Source: Bacteroidota bacterium (GTDB taxonomy: Bacteria > Bacteroidota > Bacteroidia > AKYH767-A > 2013-40CM-41-45). From it: a stretch of DNA of 64,000 nucleotides. The DNA is taken from the NCBI GenBank assembly GCA_003389385.1, contig QQVM01000017.1, forward strand, positions 10,443 to 74,442. Direction: 5' to 3'. How positions within the stretch are numbered: position 1 is the stretch's first letter; each line of letters starts with the position of its first letter. Made by a program: the position numbers and the translations under genes. The notes beneath the pieces are model-generated. The model saw only the letters and a list, made by a program, of their open reading frames with translations. It was not told where the DNA came from and searched no databases. Below, in pieces: positions 50,274-61,121 of the stretch.

Positions 50274-50795
50274 TCAGAATACAAATCTGAAGTTAAGCGC
50301 GCCATCAAAATATCCATTTAATCCATGATGGACATCAATAAATGGTTTAATGTCCAAGCCTAAGGTAAATGGAGCATTATTGAATTTATATTCAAGACCC
50401 AATATAAAGTCTACGCCCGGAATTATAACAGTGTGTCCTGGTTCTACGACATAAACATTTCTTCCGCGGTCTCTGAAGTACCAGTATGTTCCCTTGTGTT
50501 GAAACATTCCAAGGTGAGCACCAGCACCATAATACCATTTCATTCCGGGTGTGCTACTGATAGTCCTGTTGATTTCGTATAATCCGGTAATAAATGAGCT
50601 ACGATATCCGAATCCCAGAATTCCTTCCAGAGCAGTTGCACTACCAGTATTGTGTCTGATGCTTAATCCTGAATGCAAGCCACCGAGACGTAAGCCGATA
50701 CCGGTCCGGTAGTCTTGTGATAAGGAAGTTTTTACTGAGAAAATGGATGTCAGGAGAATCCATGTTGCTATTAAAACACTTTGATGAGTTTTCAT
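50274..50795 (-). CDS. Small outer-membrane beta-barrel protein
   Basis: Signal peptide; Gly/aromatic-rich beta strands; ends NFRFVF. Confidence 0.4.
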   Translation of the reverse strand: MKTHQSVLIATWILLTSIFSVKTSLSQDYRTGIGLRLGGLHSGLSIRHNTGSATALEGILGFGYRSSFITGLYEINRTISSTPGMKWYYGAGAHLGMFQHKGTYWYFRDRGRNVYVVEPGHTVIIPGVDFILGLEYKFNNAPFTLGLDIKPFIDVHHGLNGYFDGALNFRFVF

Positions 50796-51186
50796 AGTTG
50801 TAAGAGTTTATTCTCGCAATGTTGCAAGAAGCATTCCCATGGTGTTTGAGCCTAAAAATGTGGAAAAAATTAGAATTATTATGGGTCTAGTGTAGCATTA
50901 TGGCTGCATTTGTGGAATTAATTCCCCAGTATGATTAGTAATCGAACTGTTTGAAATTTGGATATTGGATATGATGTTTAAAGGGTGGTGAGTGAAAGAT
51001 TGTCAGGCTTAAATTGTTATGTATGATAGTTTTTGTTAAGTAATTGAGTCTCGGCGATAGCTTGTCTATAAAGTGAAGAGTTTACGGTAATGATCTTGAA
51101 GAAAAACATCAGAGAAATGAACATTCAATATTGAAATACCAGATTCAGTATCTGATAAACTTTACATCTTAATTTTAAATTAATTT

Positions 51187-53112
51187 TCATTGTTTAATGA
51201 AATGTCGTATATAAATTTGCTGACCTTCCTGATCGTAGATTTGTAAAAAGTAGATGCCGCTAATTAAATCATCGATTCGAATATTTGAATCAGATAGTAT
51301 TGACTTTTGAATTAGTCTTCCTTGTATATCAATAATTTTATATCTTAAAGTCTTAGTATATAATTTTGAATAGTTGATATGTAAAGTCTGATTTGCGGGG
51401 ATTGGATATAACTGAAAGGGATTAGTTTCAATTGAATCTTCCAATGCAAGTGGAAGATTAGTTGAGGGTAAAGTAATTCGGCTGGGATTTGAAGAATTGT
51501 GATGAATGGTGATGATTGCAGTATTTGTATCTCCCGCTGTATACATGGTATCGCCGTTTTGCAGGTTCACATCCCAACGTGTTGAACTGTTTCCGCTGAT
51601 GTAGATTTTTATTTTGTGACCAGACTTCCAGGTATAATTTACAAATGGTAATTCGACCACTGCTTCATAGACTTGTCCGATCTGCATAAATGATTCAAGC
51701 GCCTGAGTATAACCGTTCCTGAATCTCATTCTGCGAATGCCGTCATTTATGAGCATGTCTCTTCCGTCCGGGTAAGCATCTGTCAAGCGCACAACTATGT
51801 CTGCATCCGGCTGGTCGCATTCTATAAATAAGTGCACTTTAATTCTTCCACTCACATTGATGTCCTGGCTGAGTGCAGAAGTTTCGAATGTCATCAAATC
51901 TGTTCTGCCAATCAGGCTGTTTTGGCTGTAAGGACCCTGATTCAATGACTGGCTGAGAGTGTGCCCACCAATAGTTGGTGAAGGATTTCTTGGTTCACTT
52001 ATAAATAGGCTGGAATTGATTCCATTTCCTGCGATCAATGTACCCTGATCATTCAGAAAGAGTTCTGTGCTCTGAGATATTTCAATTGTGCTGTCGTTGG
52101 AAAATCTCCAGGCATTTGTGCCAAGTTCATAATGGGTAATTTTTGGTGTGTTCAACCAGTTTCCGGAATTCAACAAATAGTATTCAAAAAAACTTCGAGA
52201 CATAGTATCGTTTTTCTGTGCTGCATCGGGATAGCTAAGTTCACCTTGTATTGAAGAACCAACATATGCCGGGCCGGTTCCCCCGTGAACCCATGGGCCA
52301 ACAAGCAGCCACTGGTGGTTGCGCACAGAAGTATCTGCTGAAGTCCTGCAGGCCTTGTACCAATCCATCATCCTATCAATGTTGTGATCGTACCATCCGC
52401 CGATTTGCAAAGTAGGTGTGCTGATATCCTGCGGATACCATGTGGAATTTTCTGTGATTTGCCAGACAAGGTTGTAATAGGGATTTGCCAGAACAAGGGG
52501 CGACAGTCCAAAGCCAAGCATATCCAGTGACTGAAGCCTTGAACTTTCCAATGCTCCTCCGTAAAAGTATCCCTGATAGTGTGTTTGAGGATGAGCAACA
52601 ATCGGAATTGCGCATAAATGCGAAGGATGCTTTTCTTTCATGGTTTGGTACTGGATCACTCCAAGTGCTGAAGGTCCCCAGGTACCCACTTTACCATTCG
52701 ACCAGCTTTGTGTACTTATCCAAGAAATTATATCATAGCCATCTTCACCACGCTTCGGTTGTGCTACAGCAGCCGAGACAGATCCGAAAAAACCTCTCCA
52801 GTCAGCTACAACCCATGCATAGGGACTTGATTGTAAATTGAGTCCGAATCCCATTGGCAATCCGGCACGGAATGAATTTTTATTGTAGGGAGTTTGAATA
52901 AGTATAGTAGGACAGGAGGTGCAGGCAGCAGGAATATACACATCAGCTGCAAGAAATTTTCCATCGCGCATTGGAATACTGACAATCTGAGTGGGATTTA
53001 ACTGTGCAAAAAGCAGGCAAGGAATTAAATATAGTGCAAGTGTCAGGTAAAAGATTATAGTATGACGATTAAATGTTTTGGATGTTCTCATAATGGTTTT
53101 AAGCATGGGCAA
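51187..53112 (-). CDS. CocE/NonD-family (S15 X-Pro dipeptidyl-peptidase-like) hydrolase with a T9SS C-terminal domain
   Basis: N-terminal VSIPMRDGKFLAADVYIP...ILIQTPYNK is the CocE/NonD start; C-terminal LYPIPANQTLHINY...IYFLQIY is a T9SS sorting domain. Confidence 0.6.
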   Translation of the reverse strand: MPMLKTIMRTSKTFNRHTIIFYLTLALYLIPCLLFAQLNPTQIVSIPMRDGKFLAADVYIPAACTSCPTILIQTPYNKNSFRAGLPMGFGLNLQSSPYAWVVADWRGFFGSVSAAVAQPKRGEDGYDIISWISTQSWSNGKVGTWGPSALGVIQYQTMKEKHPSHLCAIPIVAHPQTHYQGYFYGGALESSRLQSLDMLGFGLSPLVLANPYYNLVWQITENSTWYPQDISTPTLQIGGWYDHNIDRMMDWYKACRTSADTSVRNHQWLLVGPWVHGGTGPAYVGSSIQGELSYPDAAQKNDTMSRSFFEYYLLNSGNWLNTPKITHYELGTNAWRFSNDSTIEISQSTELFLNDQGTLIAGNGINSSLFISEPRNPSPTIGGHTLSQSLNQGPYSQNSLIGRTDLMTFETSALSQDINVSGRIKVHLFIECDQPDADIVVRLTDAYPDGRDMLINDGIRRMRFRNGYTQALESFMQIGQVYEAVVELPFVNYTWKSGHKIKIYISGNSSTRWDVNLQNGDTMYTAGDTNTAIITIHHNSSNPSRITLPSTNLPLALEDSIETNPFQLYPIPANQTLHINYSKLYTKTLRYKIIDIQGRLIQKSILSDSNIRIDDLISGIYFLQIYDQEGQQIYIRHFIKQ

Positions 53113-53266
53113 CTTTTACGAAGTTAATAATTTAAGATCTGATAAATTTCTTTATTCACCAGTACCAGATAGACAAATCTTTTGTAACTCAAGATTCCTA
53201 AAGAGATTTTGTAAGGATTTTCATTTGGCTGCGGCTATATAACAAATCCATAAAACTATATAGGTC

Positions 53267-53866
53267 ATGAAAAAATATGTTAAATTCAATTTTGCACTTG
53301 TTGTAATTATACTACTTACGTTTTCATTGAGTGCTCAGGACGTAAAATCCTGGAAGATTGATAAAGCTCACTCCTCCGTGAACTTTTCTGTAAATCACTT
53401 CTTTTCTGCTGTGACAGGGAAGTTCAGGGAATTCAGCGGTGAAATACATTTTGATCCTGCGAATCTGAAATCAAGTAAGGCAACATTCAATATCAAAGTC
53501 AGCAGCATTGATACAGATGATGAGAAAAGAGACAAACATCTGCAGTCAGAAGATTTTTTCGATGCGGCCAACTATCCGGAAATAAAATTTGTTTCGACAA
53601 GGATCGAGAAAATCAATGACAAGCTATTCAACGTGTATGGTAAGCTAAGCATGCGTAAGACTACGAAGGATGTAGTTCTTCCTCTGAGGATCACAGGACT
53701 CATGGATAATCCATGGAAAGAGGGATCCGTGATAATGGGAATTGCCATTTCCACTAAAATCGACAGAACTGATTATGGGATCGGAACTGGAAGCTGGGCT
53801 GCTACTGCAGTTGTAGGTGATGAGGTGCGAATCGAGATTAATATGGAACTTGATGGTGCGAAATGA
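53267..53866 (+). CDS. YceI-family periplasmic protein
   Basis: Signal peptide plus WKIDKAHSSVNFSVNHFFSAVTGKF, the typical YceI core. Confidence 0.7.
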   Translation: MKKYVKFNFALVVIILLTFSLSAQDVKSWKIDKAHSSVNFSVNHFFSAVTGKFREFSGEIHFDPANLKSSKATFNIKVSSIDTDDEKRDKHLQSEDFFDAANYPEIKFVSTRIEKINDKLFNVYGKLSMRKTTKDVVLPLRITGLMDNPWKEGSVIMGIAISTKIDRTDYGIGTGSWAATAVVGDEVRIEINMELDGAK

Positions 53867-53932
53867 TGTTCGCGGAATGATGAATGTAGAAAAGTGAATT
53901 ATGAATACTGAGCTCTGAATTTTGAGTGTAAA

Positions 53933-53978
53933 AAACAATTCCTTCATTCAAGAGTAAATCTTGTTTGAAGGAATTGTT
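53933..53978. terminator. Bidirectional terminator hairpin between convergent genes
   Basis: Stem aaacaattccttca / tgaaggaattgttt. Confidence 0.45.
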
Positions 53979-54057
53979 TCTGAATTGTATGTCTGATTGT
54001 CAATTTTGATCTTCATAATGATTCATCAGCGAATCATTCATGTGAGATGCTTTGATA

Positions 54058-54378
54058 TCAGGCATAAGCAAGTTCAGACTTGGCAGACTTCATCCATTTT
54101 TCAAGACCTTTCTTAAGGTCTTCCCCGTTCATTGCCGGAGAAAATTCCACACGTGCATTCAGGGTTAGAAATAAAGGTTCTGCCAGGAATGGGATGTCGG
54201 AAGGATCCTTCAGATCAAAAAAGTAATAAGCGGCCCTGGTGCCTTCAGAGGTGACATAGTATTCCGCTTCCGGTTTGATCTGATTTTTTAGATTTTCAAG
54301 TGTTTTTCCCAGTGATCCATCCTTGATTGCTTTATTGCCGGCATTCATGTCGATCGTAATTTTAAGGAGTGTTCTCAT
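54058..54378 (-). CDS. Hypothetical small protein
   Basis: 106 aa from the ATG at 54378, which is preceded by aggagt. Confidence 0.4.
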   Translation of the reverse strand: MRTLLKITIDMNAGNKAIKDGSLGKTLENLKNQIKPEAEYYVTSEGTRAAYYFFDLKDPSDIPFLAEPLFLTLNARVEFSPAMNGEDLKKGLEKWMKSAKSELAYA

Positions 54379-54515
54379 GATAATACGATTTAAAGGGTTA
54401 TTAATAATAGTAAAAGAAACAATCAGTTTAAACTGATCTGTCAAAGTACAAAATATAGCATGCATTTGTAAACTTTATTCCCTATAAATTTATCAACCGG
54501 TTAAAGAAAATTTAT

Positions 54516-55325
54516 TCACCGCCAAAGCTTCATAGTAAAAGTTAAATTGTGCCCGTAAGAAACTCTGATTAGCAGTATTCCACGGTTTTGAAAATTATAT
54601 TTTATAGTATTTATGGAATTTTTTAGCTCTGACTCCTGCAGTTTTCTCCCGTGCAGATCAAATATTTGCAAAAATGCGTTATTGAATAATTCAGGCAAAT
54701 GTATATGCAATTTCTCCCGATCATAAGAATTGAATATGGCAATGCCATTATTTTCAGTTTCTTCGTCAAGTTGAGTTGTGCAATTGATAGTGTATTCATA
54801 GCTTGTTATATCATGACATGAGCCCTGGTAAACATTCATCAAATCTATGGTCATATGATTGGATGCTATGAATTCAATATAATTGCAGGTGTCGCATCCG
54901 CTGATATAGTTCTGAGAAGGAGTGACTGTCCATAGTACATTCATCGCTTCAGGTTGCGCAGTGCGACGGATTGTGTCTCCCGGACAGACCAGGATCGTTG
55001 CATTCCAGTGAAAGAAGCAGGTGTCGAATACTTCAGCAAACTGGGTAACAGAATCTCTCAGTCCAGTGAGACTATCTTCAGCAATCAGCGTAACAGGAAT
55101 CAGTTTGTAACAGGGTTCTGTAAAAAGTGCCTGTGTATCTATTGCAGATGAAAAATGCAGACCATCAATAAACCAACTGAATTGATTGGCTCCTGAGCTG
55201 GAATTTATCAGTTGAACTGTGCTTCCGCTGCATATCTTGTATCTGCTAAGTGAAAATTCAGCATTTGGCTGAGCCTTCAGCTGAAGACAAATATTTATAA
55301 AGATAATCAATAGGAAGTGCTTCAT
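54516..55325 (-). CDS. Secreted hypothetical protein, possibly T9SS cargo
   Basis: Signal peptide; Cys-rich; C-terminal beta-sandwich-like segment. Confidence 0.35.
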   Translation of the reverse strand: MKHFLLIIFINICLQLKAQPNAEFSLSRYKICSGSTVQLINSSSGANQFSWFIDGLHFSSAIDTQALFTEPCYKLIPVTLIAEDSLTGLRDSVTQFAEVFDTCFFHWNATILVCPGDTIRRTAQPEAMNVLWTVTPSQNYISGCDTCNYIEFIASNHMTIDLMNVYQGSCHDITSYEYTINCTTQLDEETENNGIAIFNSYDREKLHIHLPELFNNAFLQIFDLHGRKLQESELKNSINTIKYNFQNRGILLIRVSYGHNLTFTMKLWR

Positions 55326-55326
55326 T

Positions 55327-56004
55327 TTATTTTTTGCTCAAGGCACTGAATACAAGATCCTCAAGGAAACGGATAACTTTTGTGTTTTCCTTTCCGCCGT
55401 TTAAGTCTGTCAGGCCGGGCAAATGCAATGAGAAGAAACTTTGAAAATGTCCAGTCTCAATGATGGTGCTGGCAAGAGTCCGTGGATATTTGTATTCAGA
55501 GTTGTAATCGAGCAGAATGGCTTCAATTCTCTTGCACAAGTCTTTATATGGTTTGAATAGATTGGCCTTGTTGTCTTCTTCGACATTTTTTGTAAGATAT
55601 GTTTTCACACCTTCTCTTACCACTACTTCATACAGGAGTTTTTCATCGACATAACTTGTGTTTACATCATCTGTGATGGGAGTCCCTAAAAGATGAATCA
55701 GTTTTTTTATTTTGGTTTCAGGATCAGGCAGATTTTTCGTTCTCACAGAAATCTGGAATTCAAGCCAAGACCAATACCAGTCGACAAGGTAAGTCAGCAG
55801 CCTGTATTTGTTTTCAAAATACCTGTAAATCCCGGCTTCAGTAGTATTCATATACAGGGCCAGCTTCCTGAAGGTGAAATCTTCAATCCCGAGTTCGTGA
55901 ATGAGCTCAATACTTTGACTGATAATCTTTCGGCCAAGCTCCGTTTCAACCGGATTTCGGTGGTATAGTTTTTCGCTGAGTTTAATATTCAGGACTGATT
56001 CCAT
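55327..56004 (-). CDS. TetR/AcrR-family transcriptional regulator
   Basis: N-terminal HTH (GRKIISQSIELIHELGIEDFTFRKLALYMNTTEAGIYRYF). Confidence 0.6.
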   Translation of the reverse strand: MESVLNIKLSEKLYHRNPVETELGRKIISQSIELIHELGIEDFTFRKLALYMNTTEAGIYRYFENKYRLLTYLVDWYWSWLEFQISVRTKNLPDPETKIKKLIHLLGTPITDDVNTSYVDEKLLYEVVVREGVKTYLTKNVEEDNKANLFKPYKDLCKRIEAILLDYNSEYKYPRTLASTIIETGHFQSFFSLHLPGLTDLNGGKENTKVIRFLEDLVFSALSKK

Positions 56005-56120
56005 GAATTGGTCATTTTAATTAAAAAATACATCATTTAATCTAAAAGGCATGTAAAGATAGTAATACTATCATTTCAAAAAAATTTATACCTTTGGCGC
56101 CCTCTAAAACAGGCCAAATC

Positions 56121-57062
56121 ATGTCAACTGAAACAATGTTCTGGATTTTTTTCAACGCTTTTGTACTGATCATGCTGGCGCTGGATCTTGGGGTATTTCA
56201 CAGAAAAGCACATAAGGTTTCTTTCAAAGAGTCTCTGACATGGACTATAGTCTGGATCAGTCTGGCAATGATTTTCAACGGGATTATTTATCTGTGGAAA
56301 GGTCCGGTAAAGTCAGTAGAATTTTTTACGGGTTACCTGATAGAATTATCACTTAGTGTGGATAACCTTTTTGTCTTCCTGCTGATATTCGGATACTTCA
56401 AGGTGCCTCAGGAATACCAGCACCGCGTGCTTTTTTGGGGAATTATAGGAGCACTGGTAATGCGGGCGATTTTCATCTTTGCGGGAATTGCACTTATCAA
56501 TAAATTTCACTGGGTTATTTATGTTTTTGCCGGGGTACTTATATTCTCAGGAATCAAAATGCTGTTTCAAAAGGATAAAGCGATTGAACCTGAAAAAAAC
56601 CCTGTGGTAAAACTGGTCAGACGACTTTTCCCAATTACGAGGAATTATCATGGCACGCATTTTTTTGTGCGCAAGAAAAAAATACTTGCTGCCACACCTT
56701 TGTTTGTTGTACTCATTCTGGTTGAAACAACTGATCTTATTTTTGCTGTGGATTCAATTCCTGCCATTCTTGGAATCACTCGTGACTCATTCATTGTGTA
56801 TACATCAAACGTCTTTGCTATCCTCGGACTCCGATCACTATATTTCACATTGGCAGGAATCATTCAATTGTTCAGGTTCCTGAATATTGGCCTGGCATTG
56901 ATTCTGGTATTCATTGGTGTTAAAATGGCTATTATGGACTGGTATCACATTCCAATTCAGTATGCCTTATTTACTGTTTTGGGCATTCTCTTAATCAGTA
57001 TTTTGGCATCCATACTCATCAAACCATCTAATACTCAAAAAGAAAACACAATAGGAAATTAA
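56121..57062 (+). CDS. TerC-family integral membrane protein
   Basis: ELSLSVDNLFVFLLIF and a second DSIPAILGIT repeat are typical of the TerC/Alx family; the start is set at the ATG at 56121. Confidence 0.7.
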   Translation: MSTETMFWIFFNAFVLIMLALDLGVFHRKAHKVSFKESLTWTIVWISLAMIFNGIIYLWKGPVKSVEFFTGYLIELSLSVDNLFVFLLIFGYFKVPQEYQHRVLFWGIIGALVMRAIFIFAGIALINKFHWVIYVFAGVLIFSGIKMLFQKDKAIEPEKNPVVKLVRRLFPITRNYHGTHFFVRKKKILAATPLFVVLILVETTDLIFAVDSIPAILGITRDSFIVYTSNVFAILGLRSLYFTLAGIIQLFRFLNIGLALILVFIGVKMAIMDWYHIPIQYALFTVLGILLISILASILIKPSNTQKENTIGN

Positions 57063-57122
57063 GGGCATGGTTATTGTCAATCAGGCCCCTCTTAATAATT
57101 CTAACATTAATTTAAATCAACT

Positions 57123-57734
57123 ATGAAAAAAGCAATCTTATCAGTTCTGGCAATCGCATTCGCATCTGCGGCCAATGTACAGGCAGGCAACCTGCATGTA
57201 GACGTTTATTCTGTCGACAAATCAGCAAGCAAAGTGGAGTGGTATGCAGCGAAGGTCACAGGCAAGCACAATGGAACAATAAACATTTCAAAAGGAGAGA
57301 TTCGTGACAATCACGGTCACATATCAGGCAGTTTTGAAATTGACATGAATACTATTTCTAGTCTAGACCTGACAGATGCAGCAATGAAGTCAAAGCTGGA
57401 AAATCACCTGATGTCGGATGACTTTTTCAATGCGGAGAAATATCCTGTTTCAAAATTTGTCATCACAAGAGTTGCTCCTTATGCCGGTGAGGGAAAAGGG
57501 CAATACACTCATACAGTGACAGGCAATCTCACAATTCGCGACAAGACTAATGAGATTTCTTTTCCTGCCAATATTATATTCAATCAGGGTAAAGTAAGCT
57601 GCACAGGAACTGCAGTTGTGGATCGTTCCAAATACGATGTGAAGTTCGGTTCAAAATCATTTTTCAAGGATATCGGTGATAAGATGATTTATGACGAGTT
57701 CACAATCAAGTTTGACATCAAAGCAAGTCGTTAA
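57123..57734 (+). CDS. YceI-family protein
   Basis: Signal peptide plus the YceI core (SKVEWYAAKVTGKHNG). Confidence 0.65.
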   Translation: MKKAILSVLAIAFASAANVQAGNLHVDVYSVDKSASKVEWYAAKVTGKHNGTINISKGEIRDNHGHISGSFEIDMNTISSLDLTDAAMKSKLENHLMSDDFFNAEKYPVSKFVITRVAPYAGEGKGQYTHTVTGNLTIRDKTNEISFPANIIFNQGKVSCTGTAVVDRSKYDVKFGSKSFFKDIGDKMIYDEFTIKFDIKASR

Positions 57735-57755
57735 TTAGTTTGCTAATTCAGAATC

Positions 57756-58082
57756 ATGAATCTCAGATTTTCAAGCAAACCCTTAGGTCACTTCAGAAAA
57801 GTTGCACTTGCTGAAGGTACATCCTTCATACTTCTGATCATTGCCATGCCATTCAAATATATGATGGACATGCCCCTTGGAGTAAAGTATCTCGGATGGG
57901 CGCACGGTATTCTTTTCATTTGGTACATGATAGCTTTGATGAAAGTTTGGCAGGCTCATGACTGGGGATTGAAAAAGCTGATTGTGGCTTTCATTGCCTC
58001 ACTAATTCCATTTGGAACATTCATCATGGATGCCCGGTGGAGCAAAGAGGATCTGGGAGAGCATGCACAGGAAAAATCCTGA
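57756..58082 (+). CDS. DUF3817-family small membrane protein
   Basis: Conserved LGWAHGILFIWYMIALM segment. Confidence 0.55.
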   Translation: MNLRFSSKPLGHFRKVALAEGTSFILLIIAMPFKYMMDMPLGVKYLGWAHGILFIWYMIALMKVWQAHDWGLKKLIVAFIASLIPFGTFIMDARWSKEDLGEHAQEKS

Positions 58083-58176
58083 TCAGGTTTTAAAGAGGGC
58101 AATGCCCTCTTTTTTTATTTTTACATCATCCTTTTACTCCATGAAATTTAATACCCACATTGGGCGCTTACTTCAC

Positions 58177-58635
58177 ATGAACAAGATGACTTATTTGTTC
58201 ATTCCTTCAAGACAAGTAAAGAAACTCGGAGGAAAACTTCCCATCAGATTATGGTGCTCTGTGAATGGAAGTGAAGCATTCCAGTGTGGCCTCGTCGCGC
58301 TTGGAAAAGGCGACGCTTACATTACGATTACTAAAAAAAGAATGAAGGAGTACGGAGTTACTGAAGGAGATGAGGTTCAGATTGAATTGAAGCCGGACGA
58401 ATCAAAATACGGAATGGAAGTTCCGGAAGAGCTTGAAGAGTTGTTAAAACAGGATCACGAAGGCCGGCGTCGATTCGAAATGCTGAGTCCGGGTAAGCAA
58501 AGATATATCATCAATTACGTCAGCACAGTAAAGAATTCTGTACTCAGAATGAATAGAGCTCTTTTGCTGATCGGCAACCTCAAGCTTTCAAGAGAAGGCA
58601 AAGAGAACTTCAGGCAGATGCTTGGACTAGAGTAA
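58177..58635 (+). CDS. YdeI/OmpD-associated (DUF1905-like) protein
   Basis: KLPIRLWCSVNGSEAFQCGLVALGKGDAYITI resembles the DUF1905 beta-barrel. The start is ambiguous between 58141 and 58177; the longer ORF overlaps the upstream gene. Confidence 0.45.
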   Translation: MNKMTYLFIPSRQVKKLGGKLPIRLWCSVNGSEAFQCGLVALGKGDAYITITKKRMKEYGVTEGDEVQIELKPDESKYGMEVPEELEELLKQDHEGRRRFEMLSPGKQRYIINYVSTVKNSVLRMNRALLLIGNLKLSREGKENFRQMLGLE

Positions 58636-58649
58636 GGAGCATACAAGGA

Positions 58650-59933
58650 TTATTTCCAGACAAGGAATTTCCTGATATGTTTTTGTGAACCGGAATTGAT
58701 CTCTACAAAATAAACTCCGGATATAAAGCCGGAAACATCCAATCGTCCGGCGTCAGGCTTTCCTTCGAACAGAATTTTTCCTTCTGCATTACGTATAACA
58801 AGCAAGTTTGTATATGGCTGCATGCCAGATCTAATCATCAGCCAGTTACTTACCGGATTCGGGTATATTTCCAGCGAAGCAAATGCAGCTTTATCACGAA
58901 TATGGGTGAGGGTAAATGCAAAAGGGTCAGACTGTCCATCGCAACCGTTTAAATCTGTTCCGGTCACGAGATAACTTCCGTTTTGAGATGGGATATAGAA
59001 TGAATCTGTGGCTGCAGGAATCAGGACATTGTCAAGATACCATTGATAGGTAATTCCTCCGGTTGCAAAGAGAGTGTCATTATTTGAGGATGCGTTGATG
59101 TTCAGCACCGGCGAAGGATTGACATTTATCATAAGATTTTGTGCCTGTCCGCTTCCGCAAGAGTTTTCCGGTGTTACGCTGATCATTCCACCCATATTTC
59201 CGGCTGTGACAGTAATACTGTTGGAATTGCTGCTTCCTGTCCAGCCAGATGGTAAAGTCCAGATATAGGAACTCGCGTTTGCATCCGGAGGAACTGAATA
59301 AGTTTGAACCGAATTCACGCATAATGTAGTCATGCCGGTTATTGACTGTGGCATTCCGGGTACCTGGCATACTTTTTCGGTCAATACCTGACTGGATTTA
59401 TAAACATAATCACCCACTGAAGTGCCTCCTCCGTTAGCAGCTACACCGGCATAATAAAAGGTAACAGGTCCTGTTCCTGCTGCAGGAGCGGTCCAGGAGA
59501 AGTTGAAGGTTTTGGAATCGTTAGAAGCGCCACCATTGAGTTGGTGCACAACATTTCTTCTGTTAATTGCTCCAACAAGTCTGGACTTGATTTGAGTAGA
59601 AGCAGGATCGGTAATATTCAGAGTTCCCGCATTATCACCGTTCGCGAATAATGCTTCTATACCAACTCCGAATAATCCATTGCTTGTTCTGGCTACTGTA
59701 ACGCTAAGATTATAAGTTTGGCCGGGCTCATATTCAAAATTTATCATGCTTCCGGATGAGAAGTTAATGGATCCTCCCCCTGAATTGATAGCAAATGAAT
59801 TATGGCAATTGGTGCAATCCACTTCTCCCGGTGAGCCGGTTGCGCCAGCACGTCCGTTATCAGACAAATTACTGGAAGTCAGGATCAGGAGCAGAATCGT
59901 CGCAGTGATTCCGCTGAGGATAATTTTTTTCAT
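58650..59933 (-). CDS. T9SS C-terminal sorting-domain cargo protein
   Basis: Signal peptide; Ig-like Gly/Ser/Thr-rich repeats; C-terminal LEIYPNPVSNWLMIRS...GVYFVEI matches the T9SS CTD. Confidence 0.5.
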   Translation of the reverse strand: MKKIILSGITATILLLILTSSNLSDNGRAGATGSPGEVDCTNCHNSFAINSGGGSINFSSGSMINFEYEPGQTYNLSVTVARTSNGLFGVGIEALFANGDNAGTLNITDPASTQIKSRLVGAINRRNVVHQLNGGASNDSKTFNFSWTAPAAGTGPVTFYYAGVAANGGGTSVGDYVYKSSQVLTEKVCQVPGMPQSITGMTTLCVNSVQTYSVPPDANASSYIWTLPSGWTGSSNSNSITVTAGNMGGMISVTPENSCGSGQAQNLMINVNPSPVLNINASSNNDTLFATGGITYQWYLDNVLIPAATDSFYIPSQNGSYLVTGTDLNGCDGQSDPFAFTLTHIRDKAAFASLEIYPNPVSNWLMIRSGMQPYTNLLVIRNAEGKILFEGKPDAGRLDVSGFISGVYFVEINSGSQKHIRKFLVWK

Positions 59934-60217
59934 TCCTATGTAAGTGAGATTGGGTAAGCTTTCTTCCAGATTCGTATGTTAAATGTAGTCAAGTTAATTC
60001 AGTTTTAAGCATGTCTTCGATAATGCCAATAATTTCTTGTTAAATTTAAAATAGCTTCATCATTTCTTTTCAAAATTGACCTGAAAAGTATCTGGCTAAT
60101 AATGATTTATCGAACTTTCTGCTATATGATTGATGAAGAATAATTAATTGAAACACTTATGTTTTTTCATTTTTTAAATTAAAATGATAAATTAGAAAAC
60201 CGAAAAAAACCAAAATC

Positions 60218-61060
60218 ATGAAAAAAACTTATAACTTATTTGCAGCACTTGTTTTACTGTGCTTTTATTCCATCAATTCAAATGCTCAACTACAGTTGCC
60301 TGCATCGAGCCCCAAAGCAGTAGTCACTCAAACAGCCGGACTCACGGACATAACGATTGATTATAGCAGTCCGGGAGTAAAAGGCCGGGTAGTTTACGGC
60401 GATCTGGTTCCCTATGATCAGGTATGGCGAACCGGTGCCAATGCTGCCACCAAGATTACTTTCAGCAAGGATGTCAGTATAAACGGAACTAAGGTTTCGA
60501 AGGGAAGCTATTCACTGTTTACTATTCCGGGGAAAGTGGAGTGGACGATTATTCTTAATAAAGATGCCAATGTCTCTGTCAGTGCATACAAGCAGGATGA
60601 TGACCTGATGCGTTTCAATGTGAAACCTGAAGTTATACCACACCGAGAAAGATTTGCTTTCATTATATCTGATTTCGATGACAATAAGGCAAGGATCGAC
60701 ATGGAATGGGAGAAGCTGCGTGTTTCATTCAATGTAAATTTATTCACAGATGAACAGGCTGCGGATAATATCAAGAATACACTTGGAGGAACCTGGAGAA
60801 TGTACAACGCTGCTGCACGATACCAGATGGATACAAAGAAAGACTATGAATCTGCGTTGAAGCATGTAAACCAAAGCATAGCGCTATCTGACGAGTGGTT
60901 TAACAATTGGGTCAAAGCTCAGGTGCTTTCAGCCATGAAGAAAAATAAAGAGGCTTATGAGCATGCGACAAAAGCGAAAACCCTTGGTGACAAAGCAGGA
61001 GAGGGATTTTTCTTTAAGGATCAGGTAGAGAAAGCGCTTAAAGAGTGGCCTAAGCAATAA
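60218..61060 (+). CDS. DUF2911-family secreted protein
   Basis: PASSPKAVVTQTAGLTDITIDYSSPGVKGRVVYGDLVPYDQVWRTGAN is the DUF2911 signature. Confidence 0.6.
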   Translation: MKKTYNLFAALVLLCFYSINSNAQLQLPASSPKAVVTQTAGLTDITIDYSSPGVKGRVVYGDLVPYDQVWRTGANAATKITFSKDVSINGTKVSKGSYSLFTIPGKVEWTIILNKDANVSVSAYKQDDDLMRFNVKPEVIPHRERFAFIISDFDDNKARIDMEWEKLRVSFNVNLFTDEQAADNIKNTLGGTWRMYNAAARYQMDTKKDYESALKHVNQSIALSDEWFNNWVKAQVLSAMKKNKEAYEHATKAKTLGDKAGEGFFFKDQVEKALKEWPKQ

Positions 61061-61079
61061 TTTTGTTTTTCCCAATCAG

Positions 61080-61121
61080 CCGGCATTCTCTGAAATCCTA
61101 CCAGAGAATGCCGGTTTTTTA
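61080..61121. terminator. Bidirectional rho-independent terminator
   Basis: Perfect 13-bp stem ccggcattctctg / cagagaatgccgg followed by tttttt, between convergent genes. Confidence 0.65.
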
